From Octopus sinensis (Eukaryota), in NCBI RefSeq assembly GCF_006345805.1, contig NC_043010.1, positions 1,922,001 through 1,986,000 of the forward strand: a stretch of 64,000 nucleotides of DNA, written 5' to 3'. Under the pieces are notes generated by a model. That model searched no databases and was not told the DNA's origin. It worked only from the letters and a program-made list of their open reading frames with translations. Every line of letters starts with the position of its first letter. Position 1 is the stretch's first letter. A program made the position numbers and the translations under genes. Positions 25,710 through 39,664 of the stretch are shown one piece after another.

Positions 25710-27015
25710 CAGGGTGTGATGGGTGAATTGTCACCATTTTATATTTTTAATTTCGTGCATGTACAATGTTTGTTTTTGATTTTGTCAGCAACACAGAATA
25801 CTAGGGTCAGTTGGGTACCGTCTCTGAGAAAAACAGCACCATGATGTAATTCACTCCACCAGGAATTTGGAAATGATATGCTGTACTGCTTGGTATTCAT
25901 ACCGGAAGCTCCAATTCAAATATCCAGAGTGTTTGGGTGTCAATCTGAGGACAGTGCGGAGGATTCAGAAAGAGTTGGATGAGTCTAATGGTGCTTACGA
26001 AGGTAGGGCAGCTCAGAAAACTCACTCTGACCGTTCTGATAAGAAAAGAATTCTTGCATTTGTTGGTGAGATCCAGGCCATGATTGACAACGATCCCTCT
26101 AAGTCAACCAGGTCCATCACCAGAGATAAGGAAGTGTCTGAGCTTCTTATTAGGCAGAAGAGGTGCATGAAGATATTCAGTATTCCTCATATAAGATGGG
26201 AAAGGGCCACTTTTTATCACAAGCCATCAACGACAAGAGGAAAGACCAGACTACAAAGCTTTTGGACAAACTCAAGCATCTCCTTCAACCGAACATGCTT
26301 TGGTTTTTCTCAGATGAGAAAAATTTCTGCCAGGATCAGATGTTGAGCACACAGAACTACCATTGGCTTGCCATGTCCCCAAAACATGTACTGAGAGTGA
26401 TAAAAAGCAAACATCCAGTCAACATCATGGTGTTTGGAGTGATCACTAGTGATGGTGACGTTATTCCTCTAGTCATCTTCCTACACGGCTTCACACTCAG
26501 CACAGTAACCTACATCAAGTACCTGGAAGAGATGGTGCTGCTCTGGGTCAAGAGGCTAGCCACTGGAAAACCCTATGTCTGGCAACAAGACTCTGCACCA
26601 TGCCACACAAGAAGGAGAACCTAGTCATGGCTGTCAAACAATTTCTGTGACCACATCACCCCTAACATCTGGCCACCTTACTCCCCAGACTGCCACCCCC
26701 TTGATTATTATGTGTGGGGTGCAGTTGAGCGAGAGACCAACAAAACTCCTTGTAACAGCAAATATGAACTGAAGGCAAGGATTATGACAGCATTCACCAA
26801 CTTAAACAAGGAGACTGTTCAGAAGAGTTGCAGGAGCTTCCAAAGTCATCTGGAGGCCATGGTTAAAGCCAATGGTGATTTTATTGAATAAATTTACTCA
26901 TAATTATTTCTGGATATTTTTATGTAATTTTGATAAATATATTTGTTAAAAGGAGATGTCAGTGTTATTTTTATTTTTGTGTAATTCATATGACAGTTTA
27001 TTCTCTGCAACTTGT
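25710..27015 (+). mobile_element. Tc1/mariner DD37D (maT-type) transposon with decayed transposase (ATG 25841 to TAA 26891)
   Basis: TA|CAGGGTG start. Motifs WFFSDEK, WQQDSAPCH and WPPYSPDCHPLDYYVWG, with 37 residues between the second and third Asp. At least 2 frameshifts and in-frame stops (e.g. TAG 26622-24). Right TIR degenerate. Confidence 0.9.
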
Positions 27016-27115
27016 GTGTGTGTGTGTATAATTATATATATATATATATATAATAATGATAATAATATTAGGGAGTATTTTGTCTCTAATTCATATTTTA
27101 TATATATATATACAC

Positions 27116-27154
<39 letters not shown>

Positions 27155-27829
27155 GATAGATAGATAGATACACATACACATATATATATATTTGACTGGG
27201 GAAAAGATAGAGAGATACAGAGACAAAGTGAAAGAGCAAAAGGAATCAATAACTTCACAAACTTTTTATTCCCGTAATGCCAACCATTACCTTCATCACC
27301 ACCTTCGGCTCCTCTTCCTCCTCGCCACCACCACCACCAGCTTCGTTTCCTCTTCCTCCTCGCCACCACCACCACCATTGCCATCTCCATCATTGCCACT
27401 GCTGCCATCATCACCCAACCCTCGCCACCACAGCTCCCATACAAGTGCTGACATTTGGTTGCCACTGTTTGAAATTACACCATATTCCTTCTCCCACCAT
27501 GTCAGTTGAGTGATTAAGTCCTTATAGATCACCATAACCACATCGTATCTAATCAACGAAACCTCTGTAGGCTAACAGAACCTCATTGATTCCATTCCTT
27601 AAATCTCACAAACTAGATTATTGATTCTGTTCAATAATCAAATGTAAAAATCACTACAGTCCCCTGTAGACTTCTCTCATACCGCTTCCAGTCATCTCCT
27701 GAAACCTTTCTACCATTAACGGTCCTGCTGCTTGATTCCACTCCTTGTCACAACAAAGTTTACCTCCACCTCTATCCCCACTTCTCTCTCTCCCTCATAC
27801 ACACATACATTTTCTTTCTCTCCTCCTAT

Positions 27830-27848
27830 CCATCTATCTTCCTTCCTT

Positions 27849-27907
<59 letters not shown>

Positions 27908-27988
27908 GCCTTTCTATCTACCTTTCTATCTATCTATCTATCTACCTGTCTACCTTTCTATCTGTCTATCTATCTACCTTTCTATCTG

Positions 27989-28080
<92 letters not shown>
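27830..28080. repeat. Compound (CTAT)n-(CT)n-(AT)n microsatellite
   Basis: Direct inspection. Confidence 0.95.
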
Positions 28081-28081
<1 letters not shown>

Positions 28082-28213
28082 CTATCCATCAAACTATATA
28101 GTTATTTCCCTGTCCATCTATCGTTCAATGTATCTCCTCACTCTGTATGTGTGTGTGTGTATATATATACATATATATACACATACATACAGATATATAT
28201 ACACACACGTGTT

Positions 28214-28254
<41 letters not shown>

Positions 28255-28575
28255 ATCCGTCTAGTCACTTGCCTTTCCATTTATATGTTTTTTCATCTTA
28301 ACTATCACTATATGTATCTTATGTACTAACCTATCTGTGTACCTGTCTATCTATTTCACACTTCCAATCTACCTACCTACATATCTATCTATCTATCTAT
28401 CTATATCATCCACCATATCCACTACTATCTGCTATCTCTGCTCTGCCTACCCAACTTTCAACTACTCACTATCCTATCACTCATCTACTATCCTATCTAT
28501 CTATCGTCTACTATATATCTACCTATCTAGCAATATATATATATATGTATGTATGTATCCCTCTAACCATCTCAC

Positions 28576-28722
28576 CAGTTATCTAAACTATAAAACGTCA
28601 AGTATTGGCTGATTCCCAGAGAGTAGCAGTAACGTCTTCTTTGTCTGTTGATCACGTTAAAGATTTTACTGACAAATTTCTCCCATTGACCGAGAATATT
28701 TAACTCTTTAAAAAGATCTGAC
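28576..28722 (-). CDS. Candidate 147-nt exon (phase 2-2) SDLFKELNILGQWEKFVSKIFNVINRQRRRYCYSLGISQYLTFYSLDN
   Basis: Acceptor cttttggcttgcctgcag, donor CTG|GTGAGA, only one frame open. Unrecognised. Confidence 0.3.
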
Positions 28723-29259
28723 CTGCAGGCAAGCCAAAAGCTAACAAGCGTCTTCCTTCGCTTTTGACCAAAGCATTTAACCCTTTTAGAATAGACAATC
28801 TATATAACTATTGACTGATTAGAGGACACACGCCAACTCAACACACACACATGCGCACTCGTACACATACACTCTCTCTCTTTCTCACACATACACATAC
28901 TTATATACACACCAGTCAAACATACATATAAACATAATCTTTCTTACCTCATAACACATTGATTATATAGACATACAAATATACATACACACATCTACAA
29001 TCACACAAAAAGGCGTACATTATCTTAACACATTGAATAAATACATACATATACATGGATATATAGAACACACACAAATATCCATATACAGACACACGTA
29101 TATGCATACCCAATTTTTTCCTCTCAGCTCATATATATACATATATATATATATATATTCATGCACATAGACATTCACATATACATACCTATAATTGCAC
29201 ATACGCAATTGTCTCACTCAAACTTGACTAGACTAGACACCCTTCACATATATACGCAT

Positions 29260-30260
29260 ACACAGACAACCATACACTTATATACACATAGACAGCCTTA
29301 CATTTATACACACATATAGAGACAGCTTAAATATGCTTATGTAGACAGCCATACACCTACATACAATTATGTAGACGGCTGCATACTTTACACATATAAA
29401 GAAAGCCATACACTTACATACATATATGCAGACAGCTACACACTTACACATATGCAGACAGTCATACACTTACAAACACATATAGATATGACCATGCGCT
29501 TACATACACATAGGCAGATAGCTACACACTTACATTCAGTTGTGTGTAGATAGTCACATACTTACATACACTTATACAGACAACCACACACTCACATATA
29601 CTTATACAGACAATCATACACTAATATACACTTATACAGACAACCATACACTAATATACACTTATACAGACAACCATACACTAATATACACTTATACAGA
29701 CAACCATACACTAATATACATATAAGTAGACAGCTATACACTCACACATACAGACATCCATATACTTACATAGATACAGACAGCTACACTGTTACGTACA
29801 CTTATGTAAACAGCCATACACTTATATACACATATGCAGAAACCCATGCACTTATGTACACATATACAGACAGCCATACACTTACATACATATACAGAGA
29901 CAGCCATACACTTAATGCACGTATACAAGCAGTCATACAATTAAAATACATACATGTATAGATATACAGTTACAAACACATATGCAGATATTCACTTATG
30001 TACACTTATACAGACAGCTATTCACTTACACATGCGCAGACAGATATACACTTACACATGTGCGGATGTCTATACTCTTACTCATATACAGATACCCTTT
30101 ACACTTACATACACTTATACAAGCAGTCACACACTTAAAATACAGACATGCAGTTACATACACATCATATAGATATTCACATATGTACACATATACAGAC
30201 GGTCATATACTGACATACACTTACGAAAATAGCCTTGCACTGACATACACTTATACAAAT
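29260..30260. repeat. Degenerate ~30-bp minisatellite; homogeneous core cacttatacagacaaccatacactaatata at ~29570-29720
   Basis: About 5 near-identical 30-mers within a more diverged array. Confidence 0.85.
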
Positions 30261-30485
30261 ATGTATCTTTCTTTTTCTTTTTACTTGTTTCAGTCATTTG
30301 ACTGCGGCCATGCTGGAGCACCGCCTTTAATCGAGTAACTCGACCCCGGGACTTATTCTTTGTAAGCCCAATACTTATTCTATTGGTCTCTTTTGCCGAA
30401 CCACTAAGTGACAGGGACATAAACACACCAGCATCGGTTGTCAAGCAATGCTAGGGGGACAAACACAGACACACAAACACACACA

Positions 30486-30535
<50 letters not shown>

Positions 30536-30932
30536 CGACGGGCTTCTTTCAGTTTCCGTCTACCAAATCCACTCACAAGGCTTTGGTTGGCCCGATGCTA
30601 TAGTAGAAGACACTTGCCCAAGGTGCCATGCAGTGGGACTGAACCCGGAACCATGTAGTTGGTAAGCAAGCTACTTACCACACAGCCACTCCTGCGCCTA
30701 TGTATGCGCAATGCTACCTCTTAATGCAATTAATGTATACAGACACAGGTACATAATTACCTCACAATACTCATTCACACCTATACAAATGTACACTTAC
30801 ATATATGCATGCACACAAACACACACACACACAGACACACACATACACACACATTCATTTACTCTCTCTGCTGTTCATCATACACTATATACACATAGAT
30901 AAGATACACATGCATGTTATTTAAACATGTAT

Positions 30933-30971
<39 letters not shown>

Positions 30972-31299
30972 CAAACTAATGCAAATAAATACATAAAGTC
31001 TCACACACACACACACACACAAGCATATACATATTTGCATACACATACACACACAGTAGGCTCTGAATATAATGTGAGTCTACAAATACATATACACATA
31101 CATAGAATCTCACACAAGTTTACCAAGTGTGGTTACCCACCTCCCACCACCACTTCAAAGGAGTAGCCAAACACTTTCCTTTCTTTCTTTCTTTCCTTCT
31201 TTCTTTCCTTCTTTCTTTCTTTCCTTCTTTCTTTCCTTGTTTCTTTCCTTCTTTCTTTCTCTTCCAGACTGTCTGAATACCTGGTTCTCTGTCTTCAAT

Positions 31300-31590
31300 T
31301 CATACATATACATACATACATACAAACATACATACTACATACAACATACAAACATACATACATACATACATACATACATACATACATACATACATACATA
31401 CATACATACAAACATACATACATACTACATACATACATACATACATACATACATACATACATACATACTACATACATACATACACATACATACATACATA
31501 CAACATACATACATACATACATACATACATACATACATACATACATACATACATGCATACATACATACACATAAACACACACACGTACAT
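31300..31590. repeat. (CATA)n microsatellite
   Basis: Direct inspection. Confidence 0.95.
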
Positions 31591-31646
31591 ACATAAATAC
31601 ACATACAGTAATTCTCACAGTTCTAAACATGCACACACACAAACAC

Positions 31647-31677
<31 letters not shown>

Positions 31678-31944
31678 TTTAATTGTTATGCATGCTTCAC
31701 AATTACTCAACAGATATTCACATACACAAGTACCTGCAACACACACAAGCTCATGCATGTAGCCCACATGCACAAGCAAACATGCATACAAGACCTAAAT
31801 AATTACAGACACATTTCAACACTCACCCCACTAACCACTGGGCTTTGACAACCACCTTTCTTTTCACATTCTTTCTTCTTTTCTCTCTGTTTCACCCTCT
31901 TTCTTCTTTCATCCTTTCTCTCTTTTTCACCCTTTTTCTATCTA

Positions 31945-31992
<48 letters not shown>

Positions 31993-32402
31993 TTTCATAC
32001 ACACACAAATACTTACACACATGAGATCACTCATTATACAATCCGATGTTCTCTCCTTTACAAAAGAAAAATTCTATCATTTACCTCTCTCTCTTTATCT
32101 ATTTATCTATCTATCTCTCTTTCTCTTCTTATGCATCTGTCATACTTTACATATACACACACAGATACTCATGCTCACACACACACGTGCACACACACAC
32201 ACAGACATGATGACACAATAACACTTGCTCAAATAATAAAATTATTTACTTCCCAATTCACCTTTCTCACAAAAGATAAGACATACCTACATCTCTGTCT
32301 TCCTCTCTCTCTCTCCTTATTCCCCCATCCTTCTCTCTGTCTGTCTGTCTATTTGTCTATCAATCTCTCTTTCTCTCACCAGCTACCACTATCTGTCTAA
32401 CT

Positions 32403-32436
<34 letters not shown>

Positions 32437-32443
32437 GTCTCTC

Positions 32444-32480
<37 letters not shown>

Positions 32481-32538
32481 ATCTATCTGTCTCTCTCTCT
32501 ATCTATCTATCTATATATATATATATATATACACACAC

Positions 32539-32572
<34 letters not shown>

Positions 32573-32691
32573 CTCTCTTATCTATCTGTCTGTCTATCTA
32601 TCTATTTTTATTTCTCTCTCTCTCTCTCTATCTATCTATATCTGTCAATCATTCAGTTTATCTCGATTTATCTATCTTTGTATCTGTTTTT

Positions 32692-32731
<40 letters not shown>

Positions 32732-32987
32732 TGTATGCAAATAAACACAAAAAAATAAAACAATCCCTGTGTCACTCACTTTCTCATAAACATATGCATA
32801 CGCACAAAAGACAAACACATGCATATATACACAAACACAGATTTGTAAGAATATATATACATACACCAAGCTATATGTGCACCTATACACAGTTACATGC
32901 AATTACACATATATACACAAAACAGATTCATATATTATCATAAGCATGCAATCTCGTACAACAGACATGCACACACTAACATATATA

Positions 32988-33027
<40 letters not shown>

Positions 33028-33399
33028 ATAAGCATAATTGCAATCACAATGGGTTATACATACACATACATACAAACACACTGATATACAAATATAAATG
33101 CATACATTCATATACTTACAATCACAAAGGTATGAATACATACACACAAACACTTTGATACACAAACATGCATGCATACTTACATATATACACACACTTA
33201 CATACATACATACATACAAATATTTGCAGTCACATCACAAACTAATGCAAATGTTGTCACATCCACACAACCACATTGATATACAAGCATACATGTATAT
33301 CTGCAAACATACAATTATTTGCACAAAAGCATGTATACACTCAGTCCCCACTGGACACACGGACACACACACAGTACATGACTAACACATACAGAGATG

Positions 33400-33625
33400 T
33401 ATATAATATCACCAACACACACACACACAATATCACCAATAACACACACACACACACACACACAATATCACCAATAAACACACACACAATATCACCAATA
33501 AACACACACACACACACAATATCACCAATAAACACACACACACACAATATCATCAATAAACGCACACACACACACACAAACACACACACAATATCACCAA
33601 TAAACACACACACACATACACACAC
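33400..33625. repeat. Tandem aatatcaccaataa-(ac)n units, about 7-8 copies
   Basis: Constant motif separated by variable (ac)n. Confidence 0.85.
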
Positions 33626-33695
33626 ATAGATTCTTAGTCCTCATGGATTTCGGCAGAAGACCATCAGCTGACTGATTAAGTTTGCTCTTAGAAAC

Positions 33696-33816
33696 CTGTT
33701 TAATGATGCAAACAGAAGCAATCTCCAGTTCTTTATTATCTCTTCTTAGTTGCACCCCTTTCCAATAGATGGCAGCACTATTTGAGCAATAATAATGGAC
33801 ACTTCCCTCTCCAATA
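33696..33816 (-). CDS. Candidate exon [40 protein letters not shown]
   Basis: Acceptor tttttgtatttgcag; open frame of 40 codons to CAG|GTTTCT (alternative donor at 33673 gives 144 nt). Unique island. Unrecognised. Confidence 0.3.
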
Positions 33817-33880
33817 CTGCAAATACAAAAACTGTTCTTTTAGTTTTATTTGTGTGTGTATGCATGTGTTTGTGTGTTGG

Positions 33881-33924
<44 letters not shown>

Positions 33925-34040
33925 TATATATATACATATACATACACACACACACACACACACTATATATATATATATATACATACATACATATATATAT
34001 ATATACATACACATACACACACACACATATATATATATAT

Positions 34041-34110
<70 letters not shown>

Positions 34111-34163
34111 CACATATATATATACATACACCACACACCACATATATATATATACATACACAT

Positions 34164-34198
<35 letters not shown>

Positions 34199-34236
34199 AT
34201 ATACATACATACATACATACATATACACACATACAC

Positions 34237-34267
<31 letters not shown>

Positions 34268-35043
34268 GAATGGATAGTCCGTGCTTTGTGAATGTGCACA
34301 CGTGTGTGTACAGACACACACACACACACATAGATTGAATGGACAGTTTACATGAGTGTGTGTGTGTAACATATATGTGTATGTGTGTATCAATGGTTGT
34401 GTGTGTGTATATAGACATGTGTGAGCATATATACATGTGTTTTGAATGTGTTTTCTTTCTTCTCTATATATCCACCATCAACTTTATTCTTATATATTTT
34501 ACTTTTATATTATTTTAGTATTTGTTGTTTATATTTTCTTCATCGTTTTTCTCCTTTTACCTCACCTACTTATTTCTTCTTATAATTTCTTCTCCTCCCT
34601 CTTCCCTCCTCTTTTCCACACTCTTTTCCTCCAATCTTCTTCTTCTTCTCCAGTCTTCTTCTTCTTCTTCTTCTTCTTCTTCTTCTTCTTCTTCCTTTCT
34701 TTCTTTCTCTTTCTTCTTCTCCTCCAGCCTTCTTTCTTTCTTTCTTTCATTCATTCATTCATTCATTCATTCATTCTTTACCCCTAATTCTTGCTTTCTT
34801 CAATTTAGCAGAGGTAATAGTGTGGATATTGTTGATAGTTTTGGTGATGGTCATGGTGATGTTATTTGAGATAACCTCTCTTTAAATAGTTGTTGTAGTT
34901 GTTGTTCTTCTTCACCTTCATCTCTTGCTTTCTTCAATCAAACACTTCTTTATCTTGTTGGTGTTTTTGTTGTTGATCTTTTTCTTCCTCTCTGTTTTCC
35001 TTTATTACCTTTTAACACAACTCCTATCATTTAGGCCAGGCCA

Positions 35044-35082
<39 letters not shown>

Positions 35083-36074
35083 ATATATATATATATTATA
35101 TATTATATATATGTGTGTGTGTGTGTGTATATATATGTATGTCAACCAGCAGATAAATGTCATCACTGCCACCACCACCACCACAACCACTACCATTACC
35201 ATCACCACAATGACTACCGTTGTGATATCATCCCACCCTATACACATCCTACCACCAGTACAATCACTACCGTTACTAATACCACCACTGCCACCACCCA
35301 CACCTGCTACTGTCATAAATACCATTCCTGTCAACACATCCACCACCACCACCACCACTGTAATACTGTCCACCCCAGCTCCCACTTTCATCACTACAAC
35401 CTCTACAACTATTGACCCACATTCATCAATACCAATGCCACCACCACCATCAATAGCTGTTCCACTCTTTTATCCCACTGTCCATCTCTTTCCTGCTCAC
35501 ACACATACATCCATCTCCCGCTATGTCTATCCACCACCACCACCACCACCACCACACTCCACCACAAATTTTCTGTTCTTCCTGGTAAAGCAAGATGCAA
35601 CCGTAAATATTTATCCTTGTGGAACAATCAGTTGCTAGGTTTTCCCCCACTGTTAACTTTTTTAATACAGAGACAAACAGAATTGTTAGGTTTTTTTTCC
35701 TTATAGTTAACATCTTCAACACACAGAACAACCAACAGACAGACAGACATAGTTGTTAAGTTTTCCCTACAGTTAACATCTTCAGTATATGAGAGAGAGA
35801 GAGAGGGGGGGAGAGAAGAAGAGAGAGAGAGACAAACAGACAGAGTGAAAGAGAAGACATATTTGAGTCACACATTTTATTACTGATCAATGTGGTTGTT
35901 GTTGTTGTGATTGTGATTGTGGTGTCTGTTGTGTAAGTAGTCGTCATAGTTGTCGATCAGTCGTGGTGTTCCTGTAATGGACAAGATGGTTCTATTGATG
36001 TTTTGCGGCTGTTAGCCCCCAGATCAATCTCGATCAAGCAGACTTATGACTCTAGCTATTCCATTTATGACCAT

Positions 36075-36340
36075 GTAGGCGGTGTGGGGCTTAGTGGTTA
36101 GGGTGTTTAGACTCATGATTGCAAGAGTGTGAGTTTGATTCCTGCGTTGGATGATGTGTTGTGTCCTTGAACAAAACCCTTTATTTCACATTGTTCCACT
36201 CCTCTCAGTTGACAAAAATAATAATTAACCCTGTAATGGACTAGCGTCCTATTCCGGTGAGAAATAGATATGACATGAAACCAAGAAACTGGCCCTTATG
36301 ACTTGACATGACGTGAGAAGGCAACTTAACTTAAATTTAT
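36075..36340 (+). mobile_element. SINE family D (tRNA head plus gtgtccttga..tttcacattg core resembling Meta/V-SINE); second copy ~54985-55250
   Basis: A box ggcttagtggtt, B-box-like gagtttgattcc, shared core in two copies. Confidence 0.65.
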
Positions 36341-37015
36341 GACCATCCAGTCTTCATATTTCAAATAGTGTATCTAACTAAAAGCTGTATTATCCAATGT
36401 GCTCATGTCCTTTATAAAACATTAAATTCTCTTGGGTACGACTTCAAATTACATTTAGTAGTGAAGACCTGGTTTAGGAGTTCCAAGATTTTGGAAAATG
36501 TGGAACTGCCTTTTAGCCATTATTGTTCCAAAGCCTATTCTGACCTTATCAGGGTCCCAGCTATAAGAAGAAAAGGCAGTTCTGCTTTTGTAGAAGAGGG
36601 AAATTGATGATGTGTTCATAAACACACCATCAGTTTCCCCTCTTCTAAATTCCATTGCCAAAGCATTGGTCAATTGGTCAAGCCAAAGCTAGAGTAGAAG
36701 ACACTTGCACACATGAAATCAAACTATGAGTCACATCATGACAAACTGAGCTTCATAACCTAAAGGCTATGCTTCTGAACACAGTACTAATAATCATCAT
36801 CCTTTCTACTATAGGCATAAAGACGGAAATTTTGTGGGTGGGGGGTCTAGTCAATTACATCAGTCCCAGTATTTGACTGGTGCTTAATCTATTGACCCCC
36901 AAAAGAATAAAAGGCAAAGTTGACCTCGGCTGAATTTGAACTCAGAACATAAAGACAGATGAAATGCTGCTAAGAACTTTGCCTGGCATGCTAACAATTC
37001 TGCCAGCATGATGCC

Positions 37016-37047
<32 letters not shown>

Positions 37048-37806
37048 CCTTTCTTCTTTAGGCACAAGGCCTAAAATTTATTGGGCTGGGACAAGTCAAT
37101 TATATCAATGCCAGTGGTCAACTGCTACTAATTTTATTGATATTGAATGGATGAAATCAAAGTTAGCCTTGGTGAAATTTGAGCCAAGAAGGATGAAATG
37201 CTGCTAAGAATTTTGTCTGACACAGTAACAATTCTGACAGCTCACCACCTTAATAATAATAATAATAATAATAAGCCCTGATGTAGTGCCAGGCACTGGC
37301 TCTCATGGCTTTTGTTCTTACTGATTGGAAGTGTTATCATGTACATTGTTTTGTCTTGGTATAAAAGATGGGCTACAGAAAATATTCTGCTCAATAACAC
37401 AGATTTGCTTGTCAGTTGTTTGACCATAACCAGTTGAGCATGTCCCTTAGTGGCTGACAATATGTGCATATCTGATTACAAACAGAAGTAGTGGGGAGCA
37501 TCATAGACATGTGTTGAAAGGGATTCTTTGGGGTTTGAATAATTCACACTTGGAAACATAGGTGCTTCACTCATCATCCTTAAACAACCCTTATTCAGGG
37601 ACCTTTTGAGTGGGATGGGCTACTCAACCTGAAGAAAATTCTAACTGGGTCCCACCTGCAAGGTCATGCCCTGTTTATCTTGACATAAGGCCACCATGTT
37701 GTGTACATTTGGTTGCAGTACATGTGCCTTGTGTTCCCTTCTCGGACAGGTAGTCATGATGGGCTTTGTATATGTGTACCCCAAATAATAATAATAATAA
37801 TAATAA

Positions 37807-37990
37807 GGAAATTGGAAGAGAGTGATCAGTAGAGCTGTTACAAAAAGTTTGCCTCCTTGGCACAGCCAGAATCATTAGGAAAGTATTAGACAGTTGAAAG
37901 AACAGAAAGCATGGTACCGTAAACTGCAGGTAGCAAGCCCACTACACACACAAGACTCCAGGACTTCCAACAAAAAAAAAAAAAAAAAAA
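37807..37990 (+). mobile_element. R4/Dong-like non-LTR 3' end with poly(A)
   Basis: ELLQKVCLLGTARIIRKVLDS* (37832-37897), short 3' UTR, A-tail. Preceded by (AAT)n. Confidence 0.7.
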
Positions 37991-38244
37991 TGGAGTTAAA
38001 AGAATAATAACAAAAATTTTATGTAAATTCCTCTCTGCATAAATGTCATCTTATTCAATCTGTGTTGTTATAAATTTTATAAAGAGATTTTTCTTTTTAA
38101 CACACAGACATCAGTTTTAGTTTTTTTTTTATATTACATGACACTTCACCAATTTGCATCTTTGATACTAAAACTAGTTGTCCCTTGACATCTCTGGTTG
38201 AGTATTGTGTGCAGTTTGTATAAATTAAAGCAAATGTAAAACAT

Positions 38245-38614
38245 AACAAGAGCACTCAGAAAGTGCAAACCTCTGCCAAGGCAACACCAAGGCAACTCTC
38301 AACAGTTAGCCAGAGATGACTTTTAAAATGAGAATATCTGAAATAAACTCGACTGCTCTCACAAATGAGAATACTAAAAATGAACCCATCTACTCTCGAA
38401 AATTAAGTAAAAAACAGGAAAAATAATCCAGAATCCTTGTCTGGTACCGGATCAATCCCAAAATCTAATCAGTTCATGCCAGTCATGAGTCAAAATATCC
38501 CTGAAAGTTTCATACAAATCCATCCTGCAGGTTTTGAGATATCTTTTTCCACAGACAAACAAGCAAACAAACACAACTGAAAACAATACCTCCGCCTTTG
38601 TTAAGGCGGAGGTA
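38245..38614 (+). mobile_element. Helentron/HINE-like non-autonomous element
   Basis: 3' hairpin tacctccgcctt-tgtt-aaggcggaggta (12-bp stem, 38587-38614); subterminal acctctgccaagg near the 5' end is inverted relative to the hairpin's 3' arm. No clear TSD. Confidence 0.5.
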
Positions 38615-38976
38615 ATAATACTAATAATAATTATTATTATTGCGTGAAGTGTTTTCATTTTGACACAAGGCCAGTGGTTGTGCAGCATTTTCTTTGGTAC
38701 TCTGATTATTCTGCCAGTACATTGCTTTAATGATGATGATAATTCTTTCTACAAAAAGCACAAGACCTGAAATTTTAGGGGATGAGACCAGTCAATTGCA
38801 TCACCGCCAGGCGAATTTAAACTGGTACCTATTGACCCCAGTGGAATTTAAACTCAAAATGTAGCGATGGATTTATACTGCTAAATATTTCACCTGGCAT
38901 GCTAACGATTCTGCCATCCCACTGCCTTAAATGATGATGATAATAATAATAATAATGATAATAATAATAGTTGAAG

Positions 38977-39210
38977 ATAGTGCCAATTATTATTGGGGCT
39001 TTGGGAACAGTATCAAAAGCTTTTGAGACCGATATAAAGGAAATGGGAATAGAGTGCCTGGTAGTGGTGTTGCTAAAAGTTTGCCATTTTGGCACAGCCA
39101 GAATCATCAGGAAAGTATTAGACAGCTGAAGTGAAAAAATGGCATAGTACTGTAGGCTGCAAGTAGCAAGCCTGATACTGGCACAAGATTCCACGAATTC
39201 CAACAAAAAC
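38977..39210 (+). mobile_element. R4/Dong-like non-LTR 3' end (REL domain tail)
   Basis: IVPIIIGALGTVSKAFETDIKEMGIECLVVVLLKVCHFGTARIIRKVLDS* (38977-39129). (AAT)n on both sides. Confidence 0.75.
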
Positions 39211-39632
39211 CCTCATTAAAATAACAACAACAATAATAATAATAATCCTTGCTACTATAGACACAAGGCCTGAAATTTGGTGGAGTGGGGTAGTTGATTA
39301 CTCAGCTGGTACTTAATTTATTGATCCTGAAAGAATGAAAGGCAAAGTGGACCTAGGTGGAATTTGAAACCAATAATAATAATTTTCAAATGTTAGTAAA
39401 GTGTTGTCAGTAATTTCAAAGGATGGGATTTAGTTAATTACCTTCACCCCTCATACCCAACTGATGCTTATTTTATCAACCTCAGTACCTGACCGGTACT
39501 TACATTATTGACCCTGAAAGGATGAAAAGTAAAGTTAAACTCAACAAAATATGAAATCAGAATGTAAAGAGCTGGAAGAAATGCTGCCAAGCATTTTGTT
39601 TGGTATGATGACAGTTCTACTAGCATGCTGCC

Positions 39633-39664
<32 letters not shown>

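Noticed and set aside
33400-33625. Repeat-spacer-like array (CRISPR-like)
   Set aside because: Spacers are just (ac)n of variable length; eukaryotic context; no cas genes.
34780-34870. Branch point plus NAGNAG acceptor followed by GTAATA (micro-exon)
   Set aside because: The pyrimidine tract is microsatellite-derived, and a 2-5-nt exon cannot be supported without reads.
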